Below, piece after piece: positions 63,113 through 64,000 of a stretch of 64,000 nt of DNA; position 1 is the first letter of the stretch, and each line of letters opens with the position of its first letter. The stretch spans positions 1,763 through 65,762 of the IMG/VR virus record IMGVR_UViG_3300025012_000083; one strand, given 5' to 3'. The DNA is from a virus. Lineage: Duplodnaviria; Caudoviricetes. The position numbers and the translations under genes were made by a program. The notes under the pieces were generated by a model. It made no database searches and had not been told where the DNA came from. It was given only the letters and a program-made list of their open reading frames with translations.

Positions 63113-63304
63113 ATGACTTATAAATATGTTATCAATTCCACTGGTGGAAGTTCTACTAAATATGGCAATTGTGAAGTTTGCGGAAAACATGCAAGCGAAG
63201 TTTTTTTACAAATTGAAGAAAGAAAATATAGTGAAGGTTATACACATTTTAAATGTAATTCATATTTTGGTCATAGGGAATGTTTGGAGAGTAAAAGAAG
63301 ATAA
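63113..63304 (+). CDS. Small Cys/His-rich protein
   Basis: YGNCEVCGKH...FGHRECL; AAGGTGG RBS. Confidence 0.6.
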   Translation: MTYKYVINSTGGSSTKYGNCEVCGKHASEVFLQIEERKYSEGYTHFKCNSYFGHRECLESKRR

Positions 63305-63325
63305 ATAATTTATTTTGATAATGCC

Positions 63326-63379
63326 CAAATGCTTTACACTAATATAAAAATAATATATAATATTAGTGTAAAGCATTTG
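63326..63379. repeat. Perfect 20-bp inverted repeat
   Basis: CAAATGCTTTACACTAATAT / ATATTAGTGTAAAGCATTTG. Confidence 0.8.
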
Positions 63380-63490
63380 CAATCAATTAAACCTTACATT
63401 TCCAATACCAAAATGGTATAATCTGTATAACACAACTCAAAATTTCAAGCAGGGAATTTCAAAATTCATTAAGAAAGGAAGGTTAAAACA

Positions 63491-63766
63491 ATGAACAATT
63501 ACATTACAAGCAAAGTAAAATTCGAGGAAATTGATTCTAATACATTCAGAATTAATAACACAATCTACACTGTAAATCACGACAAAGACCCTGAATATAT
63601 CGATGATGGAGTATTAAATCTTAGTTATTATCATCTAGAAAAAGATGGAGAACAATCTCAATATATTCTAGCATTTAACAAAATTGAAGGTATTGATCCA
63701 GAAGATGTTAGCGAATGGTCAGACGAATATGACTCTAATAACCCATATATTTTAGAGTTTAATTAA
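63491..63766 (+). CDS. Small acidic protein
   Basis: 91 aa, RBS, TGGTATAAT promoter at ~63414. Confidence 0.6.
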   Translation: MNNYITSKVKFEEIDSNTFRINNTIYTVNHDKDPEYIDDGVLNLSYYHLEKDGEQSQYILAFNKIEGIDPEDVSEWSDEYDSNNPYILEFN

Positions 63767-63839
63767 GTTAACAGAGGACTTGCAACCTTTTGAGATTGCA
63801 AGTAATGTGCAAAGGCATATTCCAAGTTATGCCTAACTT
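63765..63839 (+). ncRNA. Twister ribozyme (type P5)
   Basis: AAGUUA/UAACUU closing stem; ACA-GAGGA-CUUGCAA/UUGCAAG-U^AA-UGU-GC; AGGCAUA-UUCCAAGU-UAUGCCU with GGA/UCC pseudoknot. Confidence 0.75.
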
Positions 63840-63877
63840 GTTAGCTCAAAAAGGAGCAGGGTAAAGGAGTTTTAAAA

Positions 63878-64000
63878 ATGAACATTGAATTAATGATCGA
63901 AAATCTAAATGTAACCGAGGAAGATGAAAACTATATCAGAGAATCATTAGTAGAAATTCAAATCCATCCTGAAGAGATTTTAGAAGTTAAGGAATCAGGT
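63878..64000 (+). CDS. Start of an acidic ORF, truncated by the window edge
   Basis: ATG after AAAGGAG; MNIELMIENLNVTEEDEN... Confidence 0.55.
   Translation, partial: MNIELMIENLNVTEEDENYIRESLVEIQIHPEEILEVKESG

Overview
AT-rich 64-kb segment of a large SPbeta-like phage or prophage of a Bacillota host (probably Clostridia). No host DNA or integrase is visible in the window. The left ~41 kb is read on the minus strand. It holds a head-neck-tail module (tail tube, neck proteins, major capsid, protease/scaffold, portal, terminase), HU, PIN-PhoH, a YonO-like single-subunit RNA polymerase, a DNA methyltransferase, a UvrD-like helicase and six free-standing homing-endonuclease-like genes. After a ~2-kb non-coding strand switch (41.4-43.4 kb) the plus strand has two expression regimes. 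43.4-55.4 kb is an array of small genes, each with its own sigmaA promoter and terminator. 55.6-64 kb is a long unit with a structured leader in which most intergenic gaps hold a hairpin with an AUAACA loop, and three gaps hold type-P5 twister ribozymes. Most notable observations: (1) the AUAACA-hairpin/twister operon; (2) a 229-aa helical protein followed by a ~430-nt candidate ncRNA closed by a ~30-bp long-range stem, with further structured RNA upstream; (3) an SF2 helicase gene apparently replaced in situ by a UvrD helicase plus endonuclease cassette. All calls come from reading the sequence by eye; no searches or folding programs were run.
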